Source: Gaiellaceae bacterium (GTDB lineage: Bacteria > Actinomycetota > Thermoleophilia > Gaiellales > Gaiellaceae). Taken from it: a stretch of 60,891 bases of DNA. A model generated the notes under the pieces. That model worked only from the letters and a program-made list of their open reading frames with translations, was not told where the DNA came from and did no database searches. Positions 1-8,953 of this stretch are shown piece by piece. The position numbers and the translations under genes are program-made. The stretch is taken from contig DASXRO010000108.1 in assembly GCA_036506555.1 (NCBI GenBank), positions 1 through 60,891 on the forward strand. Direction: 5' to 3'. Numbering within the stretch: position 1 is the stretch's first letter; each line of letters starts with the position of its first letter.

Positions 1-1
1 T

Positions 2-403
2 CCTGCGGCGGCGCATATGGCCCTCGGGGTTGCACTCGAGGAGCTGGGTCCCGCGCTCGACCCCGCAGGGCTGGCCCGCCTCGAGGTGCCGGAGCCCCAG
101 TTGGGTCAAGCTCGAATCCGCGCCACGGCGCTGTACGTCGATCGCTACGGCAACATCCAGCTCAACCTCACCAGTGACCACCTCGAGAAGGTCGGCATCG
201 AGCCGGGAACGAGAGTCGAGCTCGAGGTCCGCTTCGAGCGCTACTTCGCCATCGCGGCGCGCACGTTCGCGGATGTGCGCGCGGGTGACATCGTCCTCTA
301 CGAGGACGCCTACCGGAACATCGCGCTGGCGATCAACCAGGGCAGCGCCGCGAGCATGCTCTCCGTGCGCGTTGGCCAGGAGGTGCTCCTGTGGCCGGCC
401 TGA
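2..403 (+). CDS. SAM hydroxide adenosyltransferase family protein (DUF62), C-terminal part; 5' end outside window
   Basis: Frame is open to the window edge. The C-terminal sequence ...ALYVDRYGNIQLNL...YRNIALAINQGSAA... matches my memory of the DUF62 / chlorinase-fluorinase-like SAM-cleaving family. Confidence 0.6.
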   Translation, partial: PAAAHMALGVALEELGPALDPAGLARLEVPEPQLGQARIRATALYVDRYGNIQLNLTSDHLEKVGIEPGTRVELEVRFERYFAIAARTFADVRAGDIVLYEDAYRNIALAINQGSAASMLSVRVGQEVLLWPA

Positions 404-1032
404 CCGAACGGCTGAGGATTCCGCAGCGCTTTGCCCGGCTCGCGACGCGGGCGGTCGTCAGCCGGCCACGTGTCTGGCGGTTCTTCCGCCGGCCGCTTCG
501 AGGCCAGTTCGACCGGTTGGCCTCGGGCTGGGAGGCACGGGTCGGCCCGGAGGGGTTGCTCCCGCTTGGCGCGGCACTCGACCGTCTTCCCGCGCCGCCC
601 GGACGCGTGCTCGATCTCGGCACGGGTACGGGGAAGGGCGCTCGGTTCGTCGCGCGCCGGTTTCCCGAGGCGGAGGTCGTCGGCGTGGACCTCTCGCCCG
701 AAATGATCGCCGAGGCCGAGCGCCTGCTTCCGGACGAGCTCGCCAGCCGTGTGCGCTTCGAGGTCGCGGATGGGGCGAAGGTCCCGGCCGAGGATGGGGC
801 GTTCGACCTCGTCCTCCTCCTCAACATGATTCCGTTCTTCGAGGAGCTCGCCCGGGTTACCGCCCCGGGCGGCCGGCTCGTCTTCGCGTCCTCGTTCGGG
901 TCGGAAACGCCGATCTACGTGGCTCCCGAAACCCTTCGCGCGCGTCTGGCGCCCCTCGGCTTCGGCGACTTCGAGGAGCTCTCGGCGGGAGCCGGGACGG
1001 CGTTCCTTGCCGCCCGGAAGGAGCCCGGATAA
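391..1032 (+). CDS. class I SAM-dependent methyltransferase
   Basis: 213 aa ORF with motif I VLDLGTGTGKG and post-I/II motifs (VVGVDLSPEMI, FDLVLLLNM, GGRLVF). Overlaps the upstream ORF by 13 nt. Confidence 0.8.
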   Translation: MAGLTERLRIPQRFARLATRAVVSRPRVWRFFRRPLRGQFDRLASGWEARVGPEGLLPLGAALDRLPAPPGRVLDLGTGTGKGARFVARRFPEAEVVGVDLSPEMIAEAERLLPDELASRVRFEVADGAKVPAEDGAFDLVLLLNMIPFFEELARVTAPGGRLVFASSFGSETPIYVAPETLRARLAPLGFGDFEELSAGAGTAFLAARKEPG

Positions 1033-1046
1033 GATGGGCGGCCAAG

Positions 1047-1088
1047 CGACGTCCGCGGCGCGGTAGCACCGGCCCGGACGTCGTTTTT
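1047..1088 (+). terminator. intrinsic terminator-like hairpin plus T5 run after the methyltransferase gene
   Basis: 9-bp stem CGACGTCCG (1047-1055) / CGGACGTCG (1075-1083), followed directly by TTTTT (1084-1088). Sits between convergent genes. Confidence 0.5.
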
Positions 1089-1096
1089 CGCTGCGG

Positions 1097-1411
1097 TCAG
1101 CCGCGGGCGCCGCCCTCCTCGAGTCGCCGCCCCGCCTCGGCTTCCCCGAGTCCGTCGACCTCGACGATCTTGCGCCGCGACGAGTGGCCGGAGACGATCC
1201 GGACCGCATCGCGTGGCACCGCCAAAGCGGAAGCGAGAAGCGCCACGAGCTCGTGGTTGGCCCGCCCGCGCTCCGGCGCCGATCTCACCCTGACCTTCCA
1301 GCCATCGCTGTAGCGACCCAGGATCTCGTCGCGTCGCGCGCCGGGCGAAACGATGAGAGTGAGCCGAGCCAAGCGGAGTGGCGACGATACCGGAGTGAAG
1401 GGGTCCGGCAT
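1097..1411 (-). CDS. DUF167 (YggU-like) family protein
   Basis: 104 aa with the typical pattern V.PGARR..I......W.V.V.SAPERGRAN.ELVALLA..L.VP...V.IVSGHSSRRK.VEV. Confidence 0.75.
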   Translation of the reverse strand: MPDPFTPVSSPLRLARLTLIVSPGARRDEILGRYSDGWKVRVRSAPERGRANHELVALLASALAVPRDAVRIVSGHSSRRKIVEVDGLGEAEAGRRLEEGGARG

Positions 1412-1431
1412 ATGTCGAGCCGCTTCTAAGG

Positions 1432-1522
1432 TGGCGAGGGCCGGAATCGAACCGGCGACCTTCCATCGGGGAGAGGGCCAGCCCTCTCCCGATGAAAGTG
1501 AACCCTTAGTTACTTTCTCGCC
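1432..1522 (-). ncRNA. tRNA-like element derived from tRNA-Phe (acceptor stem and T arm retained, anticodon arm replaced by a long hairpin); function unknown
   Basis: Reverse complement reads GGCGAGA-AA-GTAACTAAGGGTTCAC-[TTCATCGGGAGAGGG CTGG CCCTCTCCCCGATGGAA]-GGTC-GCCGG TTCGATT CCGGC-CCTCGCC-A. The 3' 28 nt are 27/28 identical to the neighbouring tRNA-Phe. The 5' GGCGAGA pairs with the 3' strand at 6 of 7 positions. Confidence 0.35.
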
Positions 1523-1532
1523 CGAGAAGAGG

Positions 1533-1605
1533 TGGCGAGGGCCGGAATCGACCCGGCGACACCACGGTTTTCAGCCGTGTGCTCTACCAACTGAGCTACC
1601 TCGCC
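1533..1605 (-). tRNA. tRNA-Phe (anticodon GAA)
   Basis: Reverse complement folds as a canonical cloverleaf: GGCGAGG TA GCTC AGTTGGTA GAGC A CACGG CTGAAAA CCGTG GTGTC GCCGG GTCGATT CCGGC CCTCGCC A. The CCA end is not fully encoded (ACC then T). Confidence 0.95.
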
Positions 1606-1635
1606 GCCGCCGCGACAGTCTAGCCTTCCGCCCGC

Positions 1636-2535
1636 ATGACCGAACGGAACCTGGCCATCATCGGCGCGGCCCTCGACCTCGGCGCGGGGCGCCGCGGAGT
1701 GGACATGGGCCCGTCGGCGATTCGCTACGCGGGGATCGACGATCGTCTGGCGAGCCTGAGCCTCTCATGCGCCGACTGGGGAAACGTCGAGACGGCGGTG
1801 GCCGAGGCGGCTAGCGAGGGGGACCCCGACGCGCGCTTCCTCGACGAGATCAAGGAGGCCTGCGCGCGGATTGCGGGCGTCGTCGCAAGCGCAAGGCGGG
1901 AGGAGCTCGTCCCCATTGTCCTCGGCGGCGACCACTCCGTCGCCATCGGCACGCTTGGTGCGCTCGCATCCCTGTATGGGCCCGGTGGCGTCGTTTGGTT
2001 CGACGCCCACGGCGACCTGAACACGCCGAAGACGTCGCCGAGCGGCAACGTGCACGGGATGGCGCTCGCCGCGGCGCTCGGGCTCGCCAACGAGGCGTTC
2101 GCAAGCGATGCCTGGCCGCTTCCGGCGCTCGACCCCCAGCACGTCGCCCTGATCGGGATTCGCTCGCTGGACGAGGGCGAGCGGGAGCTCGTGCACGAGC
2201 TCGGGATCGCCGTCTACACCATGAGCGACCTCGACCGGCGCGGGGTCGAGCCTGTCGTTCGCGAGGCGCTCGAGCGCGTCGGAGGCGCCCCGTTCGTCCA
2301 TGTCTCACTCGACGTGGACGTCGTCGATCCGGAGGCGGCCCCCGGCGTCGGGACTCCCGTGCGCGGCGGGCTTTCCTACCGTGAGGCGCATCTCGCGATG
2401 GAGCTCGTCGCCGAGTGGGGTGAGTTCGGTTCCTTCGAGATCGTCGAGGTGAATCCCATCCTCGACCGCGAGAATGCCACCGGCCGGCTCGCCGTCGAGC
2501 TCACGGCGAGCGCTTTCGGGGCACGGATCCTCTAG
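1636..2535 (+). CDS. rocF: arginase
   Basis: 299 aa. Closely matches my memory of Bacillus RocF along its whole length (RRGVDMGPSAIRYAG, GGDHSVAIGT, WFDAHGDLNTPKTSPSGNVHGM, IGIRSLDEGE, SLDVDVVDP, GVGTPV.GG.SYRE). Confidence 0.9.
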   Translation: MTERNLAIIGAALDLGAGRRGVDMGPSAIRYAGIDDRLASLSLSCADWGNVETAVAEAASEGDPDARFLDEIKEACARIAGVVASARREELVPIVLGGDHSVAIGTLGALASLYGPGGVVWFDAHGDLNTPKTSPSGNVHGMALAAALGLANEAFASDAWPLPALDPQHVALIGIRSLDEGERELVHELGIAVYTMSDLDRRGVEPVVREALERVGGAPFVHVSLDVDVVDPEAAPGVGTPVRGGLSYREAHLAMELVAEWGEFGSFEIVEVNPILDRENATGRLAVELTASAFGARIL

Positions 2536-2548
2536 CCTGATCGCCGCG

Positions 2549-2968
2549 ATGGAGCAGCGCGCCGTCCCGTTCATCTCCTACGAGAACGTTGGGGCGGCGG
2601 CCGACTGGCTGAGCGAGGCGTTCGGCTTCCAGGAGCGCGGCGAGCGCTACGCCGACGCGGACGGAACGGTCACCCATGCGGAGCTGGCGCTCGACGGCGC
2701 CGTCGTTATGCTCGGCTGGCCCGGCCCCGATTACAGGAGCCCCGCGAGCCACGCGCGGGAGTGCGAACAGGCGCGCAAGTGGCTCGAGCCTCCCAATGTC
2801 GTCGACGGCGTGCTCGTCTACGTAGCCGACGTCGACGCTCACTGCGAGCGTGCAAGGGCAGCGGGGGCGACGATCCTGCGCGAGCCCACGGACGAGCCGT
2901 ATGGCCGGCTCTACAACGCGTCGGACCTCGAGGGCCACCGGTGGATGTTCATGCAGGCGCCCCGCTAG
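2549..2968 (+). CDS. VOC (glyoxalase/bleomycin-resistance/dioxygenase) family protein
   Basis: Start chosen at the internal ATG (MEQRAVPFISYENVG...), 11 nt after the arginase stop. About 139 aa with a glyoxalase-like fold pattern ending ...LEGHRWMF. Confidence 0.7.
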   Translation: MEQRAVPFISYENVGAAADWLSEAFGFQERGERYADADGTVTHAELALDGAVVMLGWPGPDYRSPASHARECEQARKWLEPPNVVDGVLVYVADVDAHCERARAAGATILREPTDEPYGRLYNASDLEGHRWMFMQAPR

Positions 2969-3735
2969 GTGAGGAAACGCTCGATAGCCTCGGCGGTCTC
3001 GTCGTACGCGTCCCAGAGCACTGAGTGCCCGCCAGGCACGACGACGACATCGAGCAGATCGCCGAGGGCCTGGCGGTAGAGCTCGGACTCGCCCGCCCCG
3101 ACGATCTTGGAGAGAGCTCCGACCACGAGCAGGGTGGGCAGGCGGACCGACTCGAACGGCGGTGGGCGCGTCGTGCCCATCGCGTGGTAGGCGGCGGCGA
3201 CCGTCTGCGGCGAGTAGCGCAGGCGCAAGCGCCCGTCCTCGGACTCTGCGAGATGCTGCTCCAAGTCCTCTTCGAGGAACTCCTGCGGGGTGTGCGCCAG
3301 GCCCCCAGGCAGCAGGCGCCAACTCAGCGCATCCTCGAACGAAGCGAAGGAGAGCTCCGCGAGCGCCTCCTCGGCGAGCTGCTCGGCGATCAGAGGCGGC
3401 ACGAACATGGCCGGATCCAGAAGTACCGCGCGATCGACCAGTTCCGGACGGCGCGCCGCGATCTCGATCACGATCCGCCCCCCGAAGCTGTGGCCGATCC
3501 ATGCGGCGCGCTCGTCAACGGTCTCGAGGGCGTCCGCCACATGGGTGTCGAGATCCCAGGGCTCGTCCCAGGTCGAGCGGCCGTGCCCGCGCAGGTCGAG
3601 CGCCCGAACGTGGAAGCGCGCCGCAAGTCTTTCCTCCGCCAGCTTGCGAAATCGCTCACCGTGGGCCGTCACGCCGTGGAGGCAGACGACCTCTGGGGCG
3701 CCGGGCTCGCCCCATTCGTGGACGTGGAGACGCAC
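2965..3735 (-). CDS. alpha/beta hydrolase
   Basis: VRLHVHEWG...VVCLHGVTAHG...LDLRGHGRS...nucleophile elbow GHSFGG. A GTG start at 3735 shares one nucleotide with the TAG stop of the upstream etf gene. The longer 340-aa ORF extension is Arg/Pro-rich and implausible. Confidence 0.8.
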   Translation of the reverse strand: MRLHVHEWGEPGAPEVVCLHGVTAHGERFRKLAEERLAARFHVRALDLRGHGRSTWDEPWDLDTHVADALETVDERAAWIGHSFGGRIVIEIAARRPELVDRAVLLDPAMFVPPLIAEQLAEEALAELSFASFEDALSWRLLPGGLAHTPQEFLEEDLEQHLAESEDGRLRLRYSPQTVAAAYHAMGTTRPPPFESVRLPTLLVVGALSKIVGAGESELYRQALGDLLDVVVVPGGHSVLWDAYDETAEAIERFLT

Positions 3736-5555
3736 TAGACCCGGCCCTCGAGGGCCTCGATCAGCGGCGGGAGCGTCTCCCGCCAGTCGCCGACGAGGCC
3801 GATGTCGGCCGCCCGCAGGAACGGCGCCTTCTCGTTCTTGTTCAACGCGACGATGACGCCGGCCTTGACCGAGCCGACGAGGTGCTCGAAGGCGCCGCGG
3901 ACGCCGACGGCGATGTAGAGGCGCGGTGCGACCGCCCTTCCGGTCAGCCCGATCTGGCGGTTCTTCGGCAGCCAGCCGGCGTCGCAAACCGCGCGCGAGC
4001 CGCCGACTGCAGCGTCGAGGCGGCCCGCGAGGGTCTCTACCTCCGGAATCGCCTCGGGCCCCCCGATCCCTTTGCCGACGCAGAGTATGACGTCCGCTTC
4101 GTCGAGCTCGTAGCCCGCTGTGTCCGGCTCGTGCGTCCGCTCCAGGAGACGGGTGCGCGGCTCGGGAAGCCCGTCGAAGACGACACGGACGACTTCGCCC
4201 TCGACACCTTCGCGTGGCTCCACGGTCGCGAACATCCCCGGGCGCACGGTCGCGAGCTGGGGCGTGGTGCGCCCCATGATCACGGAGACGATGTTGCCGC
4301 CGTACGCAGGCTTGTACTGGATCAGGCGGCCCGCCTTGCCGATGTTGAGATCGACGCAGTCGCCGGTCATTCCGAGCTCGAGCTCCCCGGCGGCGCGAGG
4401 ACCGTAGTCGCGACCCATCATCGTCGAGGGGATGAGCAAGACGTGCGGCTTCTCGCCGAGCAGTATCCGCTCCAGAGCCGCTGCGTAGGTCTCGGGGTGG
4501 TACTCCGCGAGCGCCGCGTCATCGACCACGAAGACCTTCTCGGCACCGAAGGCGATGACTTCGGTGGCCGCGTCGTCGAGCGCGTGCCCGATAAGGAGAG
4601 CGCAGTTCAGCCCGCCGAGCTTGCCCGCCAGCTCGCGCCCCTTGCCGAGCAGCTCGAGCGAGAGCTTGCGCGGCTGCCCCTCGACGAGCTCGACGACGCT
4701 CCAGCAGTCGTAGCTCTTGCCCGGCTTCTCGGCCAGGTGCGGCGGCTTCTCCCAGGGCGAGAAGGGCCGCTCGCCGGCCTCTTCGAGTCGCGCGAGCGCC
4801 CTCTCGGCCGCCTCGGAGGGCGTCGAGACGACCTCGCCGGCGCGCTCAGGCTTCGCGTCCTTGACGGCGAGGACGCGCGTCGGGGATCCCGTCTGGCCGA
4901 AGCGCTTGTCGTTCGGCCGCAGGTCGTCGACGAGGTCCTTTGCCTCCCACACGGCGATCCTCCCGTCCGCAGCAAAGCCCTCGAGGTCGCGCTTGGCCGG
5001 CCAGATGCCCTCGTTGATCGCCTCGCTGACGGACAGGACGGCCGGCAGCTCGAGCTCGTAGGTGTCCCAGCCCTCGTCGGTCTCCCGCCGCCCGCGCATG
5101 CGTCCGTCGGAGAGCTCGATGCGGTCGACGTTCGTGAGCTGCGCCCAACCCAGGAAGCCGGCCACCTCAGGTGGCACTTGCCAGGTCTCCGAATCGACGG
5201 TCTTGCGCCCGCACAGGACGAGGTCGGCGCCCTCCTTGGCGATCGCCATGGAGAGCGTCCGGGACGTTCCGATCGTGTCGGCGACGGCGAAGACCCGGTC
5301 GGAGAGATGGATCGCGCGATCCGCACCCATCTTCAGGGTGAGGAGGAGCGCCTCCTCGGCCTGGGGCGGCCCCATCGTCATCACGACGACCTCGCCGCCG
5401 TGCGCCTCACGGAGGCGGATGGCCTCGGTGACGGCGTAGACGTCGAACTCGTTCAGCTCGAGCGGCACGCCCTCCCTGACAAGCTTCTTCGTCTTCTGGT
5501 CGAACTCGATGTGCTGCGGGCTCGGTACCTGCTTGACCAGGACGACGGTCTTCAC
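3735..5555 (-). CDS. fused electron transfer flavoprotein, EtfB domain (N) plus EtfA domain (C) in one 606-aa polypeptide
   Basis: The N-terminal about 260 aa look like EtfB ([11 protein letters not shown]...LNEFDVYAVTEAIRL...VVMTMGP). The C-terminal about 320 aa look like EtfA (...RPGMFAT...ILCVGKGIG...AAVGGSRAVCDAGW...QIGLTGRAVAPRLYIAVGVRGAFEHLVG). A single uninterrupted frame. Confidence 0.85.
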   Translation of the reverse strand: MKTVVLVKQVPSPQHIEFDQKTKKLVREGVPLELNEFDVYAVTEAIRLREAHGGEVVVMTMGPPQAEEALLLTLKMGADRAIHLSDRVFAVADTIGTSRTLSMAIAKEGADLVLCGRKTVDSETWQVPPEVAGFLGWAQLTNVDRIELSDGRMRGRRETDEGWDTYELELPAVLSVSEAINEGIWPAKRDLEGFAADGRIAVWEAKDLVDDLRPNDKRFGQTGSPTRVLAVKDAKPERAGEVVSTPSEAAERALARLEEAGERPFSPWEKPPHLAEKPGKSYDCWSVVELVEGQPRKLSLELLGKGRELAGKLGGLNCALLIGHALDDAATEVIAFGAEKVFVVDDAALAEYHPETYAAALERILLGEKPHVLLIPSTMMGRDYGPRAAGELELGMTGDCVDLNIGKAGRLIQYKPAYGGNIVSVIMGRTTPQLATVRPGMFATVEPREGVEGEVVRVVFDGLPEPRTRLLERTHEPDTAGYELDEADVILCVGKGIGGPEAIPEVETLAGRLDAAVGGSRAVCDAGWLPKNRQIGLTGRAVAPRLYIAVGVRGAFEHLVGSVKAGVIVALNKNEKAPFLRAADIGLVGDWRETLPPLIEALEGRV

Positions 5556-6820
5556 TCGCCCGAATCTACCGTGTCCTCACCGCTTCCCGACGGCTCGTAA
5601 TACGTGCTCCCCTTGAGCTCGTCCGGCAGGTAGTCGACGTCGTAGCCGGCCGGATCGGTGGGCGGATACACGTAGTCCTGCCCGTGCCCGAGCTTCCTCG
5701 CGCCGGGGTAGTGCGCGTCGCGTAGGGGCTTCGGAGGACGGAGCGCACCGTGCTCGCGGACATCGCGGCTCGCGGCGCCGATCGCGGCGATCACGGAGTT
5801 CGATTTCGGCGCTCGGGCCAGGTAGATGGTCGCGTGCGCGAGGTTGAGGCGCGCCTCGGGCAGGCCCACGTGCTCGACGGCATGCGCGGCCGCGACGGCC
5901 ACGAGCAGCGCCCTGGAGTCGGCCATCCCGATGTCCTCCGAGGCATGGACGATCAGGCGGCGCGCGATGTAGCGCGCGTCCTCGCCTCCCTCGAGCATGG
6001 CGGCGAGGTAGTAGAGGGCGGCATCGGGATCCGAGCCTCGAATCGCCTTGATGAACGCCGAGATGAAGTCGTAGTGGGCGTCGCCGTCCTTGTCGTAGAC
6101 CACCGCGCGCCGGGGCGCCGCATCCTCGACGTGGCGCTCCTCGAGAGAGACGCCCTCGGCCTCGGCCGTCTGCAACGCGAGCTCGAGCGTGTTGAGCGCG
6201 GCACGGGCATCGCCGCCGGCCCTGCGCGCGATGAGGCCGACCAGCTCGTCCGAGACGTCGGCGCCCAGGTGGGCGGCCCCCCGGCGGACGATCGCCGCCA
6301 GGTCGTCGTCCGAGATGGGCTCGAGCTCGTAGATCTGCGTCCTGGAGAGAAGCGCCGAGTTGACCTCGAAGTACGGGTTCTCGGTCGTGGCCCCGATGAG
6401 GACGAGCAAGCCCGTCTCGACGGCGGGCAGCAGCGCGTCCTGCTGCGCCTTGTTGAAGCGGTGGATCTCATCGAGGAAGAGGATCGTCCGCTGGCCGCTC
6501 GTCCCGAGCCGCTCGGTCGCGCGGGCGATCACCGCGCGGACGTCGGCCACGGACGCCGAGACGGCGGACAACTCCTCGAAGGCAGAGCCGGTCGTGGCGG
6601 CCACGATGCGCGCGAGCGTCGTCTTCCCGCTCCCCGGCGGGCCGTAGAAGATCGAGGAGGCGATGCGGTCCTCGCTGATCGCACGCGCCAGCGCGGAGCC
6701 CTCCCCGACCACATGGCGCTGGCCGACGAAGTCCTCCAGGCGCTCGGGCCGCAGGCGAAGGGCAAGCGGCGCCACGTCGGGCAGCCGCTCGCGGGCCGCG
6801 TCGGCGAAGAGATCGCTCAT
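5552..6820 (-). CDS. rarA: replication-associated recombination protein A (AAA+ ATPase)
   Basis: [19 protein letters not shown], Walker [26 protein letters not shown], and a MgsA C-terminal domain ([25 protein letters not shown]). Start taken at the internal ATG (MSDLFADA). The stop overlaps the etf GTG start (GTGA). Confidence 0.9.
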   Translation of the reverse strand: MSDLFADAARERLPDVAPLALRLRPERLEDFVGQRHVVGEGSALARAISEDRIASSIFYGPPGSGKTTLARIVAATTGSAFEELSAVSASVADVRAVIARATERLGTSGQRTILFLDEIHRFNKAQQDALLPAVETGLLVLIGATTENPYFEVNSALLSRTQIYELEPISDDDLAAIVRRGAAHLGADVSDELVGLIARRAGGDARAALNTLELALQTAEAEGVSLEERHVEDAAPRRAVVYDKDGDAHYDFISAFIKAIRGSDPDAALYYLAAMLEGGEDARYIARRLIVHASEDIGMADSRALLVAVAAAHAVEHVGLPEARLNLAHATIYLARAPKSNSVIAAIGAASRDVREHGALRPPKPLRDAHYPGARKLGHGQDYVYPPTDPAGYDVDYLPDELKGSTYYEPSGSGEDTVDSGE

Positions 6821-6830
6821 CGCCGAAAGT

Positions 6831-8138
6831 ATGCTCCCAGAAATGGCCCAGCTATCCCTGCGGGACGAGGCCGTCGATGTCCTCCGGGAGCTGATACGGA
6901 TCGACACCGTCAACCCGCCCGGAAACGAGACGCTGGCGGCCGAGCTCCTTCGCGCCTACCTCGAGCAGGCGGGCATCGAGTGCGAGCTCTATGCCAAGGT
7001 GCCGGAGCGCGCGAACCTCGTCGCACGCCTGCCCGGCCGCGGCGAAGGCCCGACGCTGACCTTGCTCTCGCACACGGACACCGTCCTCGCCGACCCCGGC
7101 GAGTGGTCGGTCGATCCCTGGTCGGGCGAGCTTCGGGACGAGCACGTCTGGGGCCGGGGCGCACTCGACATGAAGAGCCAGGTCGCTGCGAGCGCGGTCG
7201 CCATGGCCGTCCTTGCGCGGGAGGGCTTTGAGCCGTCCGGCGACGTCGTCTTCGCGGCGACCGCCGACGAGGAGGTGGGCGAAGACTTCGGGCTCTCGTG
7301 GCTCTGCCGGAAGCATCCGGACGCCGTCCGCGCCGACTACTGCATCAACGAGGGCGGGGGCGACCGCGTCGAGGTGAACGGCCGCACGGTCTACCTGTGC
7401 TCGACGGCCGAGAAGATGAGCTCTCCCTTCCTCCTGCGCGTGCACGGGCGCAGCGGCCATGCGTCCATGCCCGGGATCGCCGACAACGCCCTCGTCAAGG
7501 CTGCGCATCTCGTCGAGTGCCTGGCCCGTCTGGAGGAGACGCCGCGGCTCCTGCCCGAGACGGAGGCGTTCTTCCGAGCGCTCGGGGCCGTTCCGGATCC
7601 GGCCGAGCTCCCCGAGCGCCTGGCCGCGCTCGAGCCAGGGATTCGCGGGATGGTCGAGCCGATGCTCGCCTTCACCGTCGCGCCGACGATGATCGAGGCC
7701 TCCAGGAAACGGAACGTCATCCCGGCCCGCTGCGAGGTGGTGTGCGATTGCCGCCTGCTACCCGGCCAGGGCCAGGAAGAGGCCGAGGGGGCGATCCGCG
7801 AGTGGCTCGGCGAGGGCGACTACGAGCTCGAATGGATCGAGGCCGTGGGTGGGACGCGGTCCCCGCTCGAGAGCCCCCTCTGGGAGGCGATCGAGTCCTT
7901 CGTCGCCGAAGAAGATCTCGGCGCGGTGCTGGCGCCCGTCGTCCTGCCGGGTTTCACCGACAGCCACTTCATGCGCGAGGCCTTCGGCACGGTCTCCTAC
8001 GGCTTCTTCCCGATGCGGGCGATGGGCTCGGAGCTGGCCGCGAGGCTGATCCACTCCGCCGACGAGCGCATCGCTGTCGACGACCTAGAGCTAGGTACCC
8101 GCTTCCTCCACCACGTGGTACGTACACTCGAAGGGTGA
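6831..8138 (+). CDS. M20 family metallopeptidase (ArgE/DapE/ACY1/CPG2-like)
   Basis: LIRIDTVNPPGNE, LLSHTDTV, GRGALDMK, ADEEVGEDFG, EGGG, GHASMP. The start could be ATG 6831 or 6843. Divergent from rarA with only about 10-20 nt between the starts. Confidence 0.8.
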   Translation: MLPEMAQLSLRDEAVDVLRELIRIDTVNPPGNETLAAELLRAYLEQAGIECELYAKVPERANLVARLPGRGEGPTLTLLSHTDTVLADPGEWSVDPWSGELRDEHVWGRGALDMKSQVAASAVAMAVLAREGFEPSGDVVFAATADEEVGEDFGLSWLCRKHPDAVRADYCINEGGGDRVEVNGRTVYLCSTAEKMSSPFLLRVHGRSGHASMPGIADNALVKAAHLVECLARLEETPRLLPETEAFFRALGAVPDPAELPERLAALEPGIRGMVEPMLAFTVAPTMIEASRKRNVIPARCEVVCDCRLLPGQGQEEAEGAIREWLGEGDYELEWIEAVGGTRSPLESPLWEAIESFVAEEDLGAVLAPVVLPGFTDSHFMREAFGTVSYGFFPMRAMGSELAARLIHSADERIAVDDLELGTRFLHHVVRTLEG

Positions 8139-8953
8139 GCGAAGAGAAGATCCGCCTCGGCGGCATGGCTCTGGGAAACGGGGTGCTCGTGCACGGGCCC
8201 CATTACTGGGCATGCGCTGTCCGCGGGAACGACGGCTCAGTCGAGGTCGCCTCGGGCCGCAAGCCCTTGCGAGCGGCCGAGGTGCGGAATCCGCTCCTCC
8301 GCGGCCCCGCCCGCCTGGCCGAGGTCTTTGCCCTCCTCCCGGAGGTCCGCCGGCGGCTGCCGGCCGCCGAGCTTCCGTTCCAGCGGCCGGGCGTGGCCGG
8401 CGCGATGGTCGGCAGCGCACTGGGCCTCCGGCTCGTTCGGGCGAGCCGCCTCTCGCCGCTGACCCAGGAGGCGATCGCCGCGTTCCTCGCAGTCGGGCCG
8501 GCGGCGGTGGCGCTCCGAGGATCGAACCTCGCCGAGTACCACGGAGCGGAGCACATCGCCATCGGCACCTACGAGCACGGCGAAGAGCGGGCGAAGGAGC
8601 ACGAGCGCTGCGGGTCGCACGTCCTCGGACCCCTCCTCCTCACGACGGCGGCCGGAAGCATGCTTGCCTCACGCGCCCCCGCGCAGGTGCGCCCGCTTGC
8701 GCGGGCCGCGGCCGGCGTCGGCGCGATCGCGGCGTCGCTGGAGGTCTTCTCCTGGATGGTCCGAAACGAGCGCCACCCGATCGCCCGCGCGCTCGCAAAG
8801 CCCGGCCACGAGCTCCAGCACCGGTTCGTCACCGCCGAGCCGTCACCCGAGCAGCTCGAGGTCGCGGAGGCGGCTCTCCGTGAATGTCTCCGCCTAGAAT
8901 CTCCTGCAAATGGCGACTCAAACGGATCAAAGGCGGACGCGCCTCCCACCTGA
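8135..8953 (+). CDS. DUF1385 domain-containing membrane-associated protein
   Basis: GTG start overlaps the M20 stop (GTGA). RLGGMALGNGVLVHGP...LAEYHGAEH...HERCGS pattern as I recall for DUF1385. Confidence 0.65.
   Translation: MSEEKIRLGGMALGNGVLVHGPHYWACAVRGNDGSVEVASGRKPLRAAEVRNPLLRGPARLAEVFALLPEVRRRLPAAELPFQRPGVAGAMVGSALGLRLVRASRLSPLTQEAIAAFLAVGPAAVALRGSNLAEYHGAEHIAIGTYEHGEERAKEHERCGSHVLGPLLLTTAAGSMLASRAPAQVRPLARAAAGVGAIAASLEVFSWMVRNERHPIARALAKPGHELQHRFVTAEPSPEQLEVAEAALRECLRLESPANGDSNGSKADAPPT

Noticed and set aside
1432-1522. The tRNA-like element as tRNA-Sec or another long-arm tRNA (length of about 91 nt, TCA triplet present).
   Set aside because: No 8-bp acceptor stem could be drawn. 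The TCA is not presented in a 7-nt loop closed by a complementary stem. The long hairpin occupies the anticodon-arm position rather than the variable-arm position.
1432-1562. The duplicated 28-nt tRNA-Phe 3' end as attL/attR of an integrated island.
   Set aside because: Only about 70 nt lie between the copies and no integrase or other cargo is present. At most it is a scar, and it is kept as one interpretation within the tRNA-like finding rather than called as a mobile element.
3162-5600. 812-aa plus-strand ORF, and many similar long ORFs elsewhere (for example 30..1313, 5750..7231, 17912..19486, 34792..36594, 36426..38546, 39598..41598, 43685..45805, 47590..49713, 50591..51835, 55410..58193).
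   Set aside because: All lie antisense to, or out of frame with, genes that carry clear family motifs. Their translations are Arg/Pro/Gly/Asp/Glu-rich low-complexity sequence. These are typical shadow ORFs of a roughly 70% GC genome, not genes.
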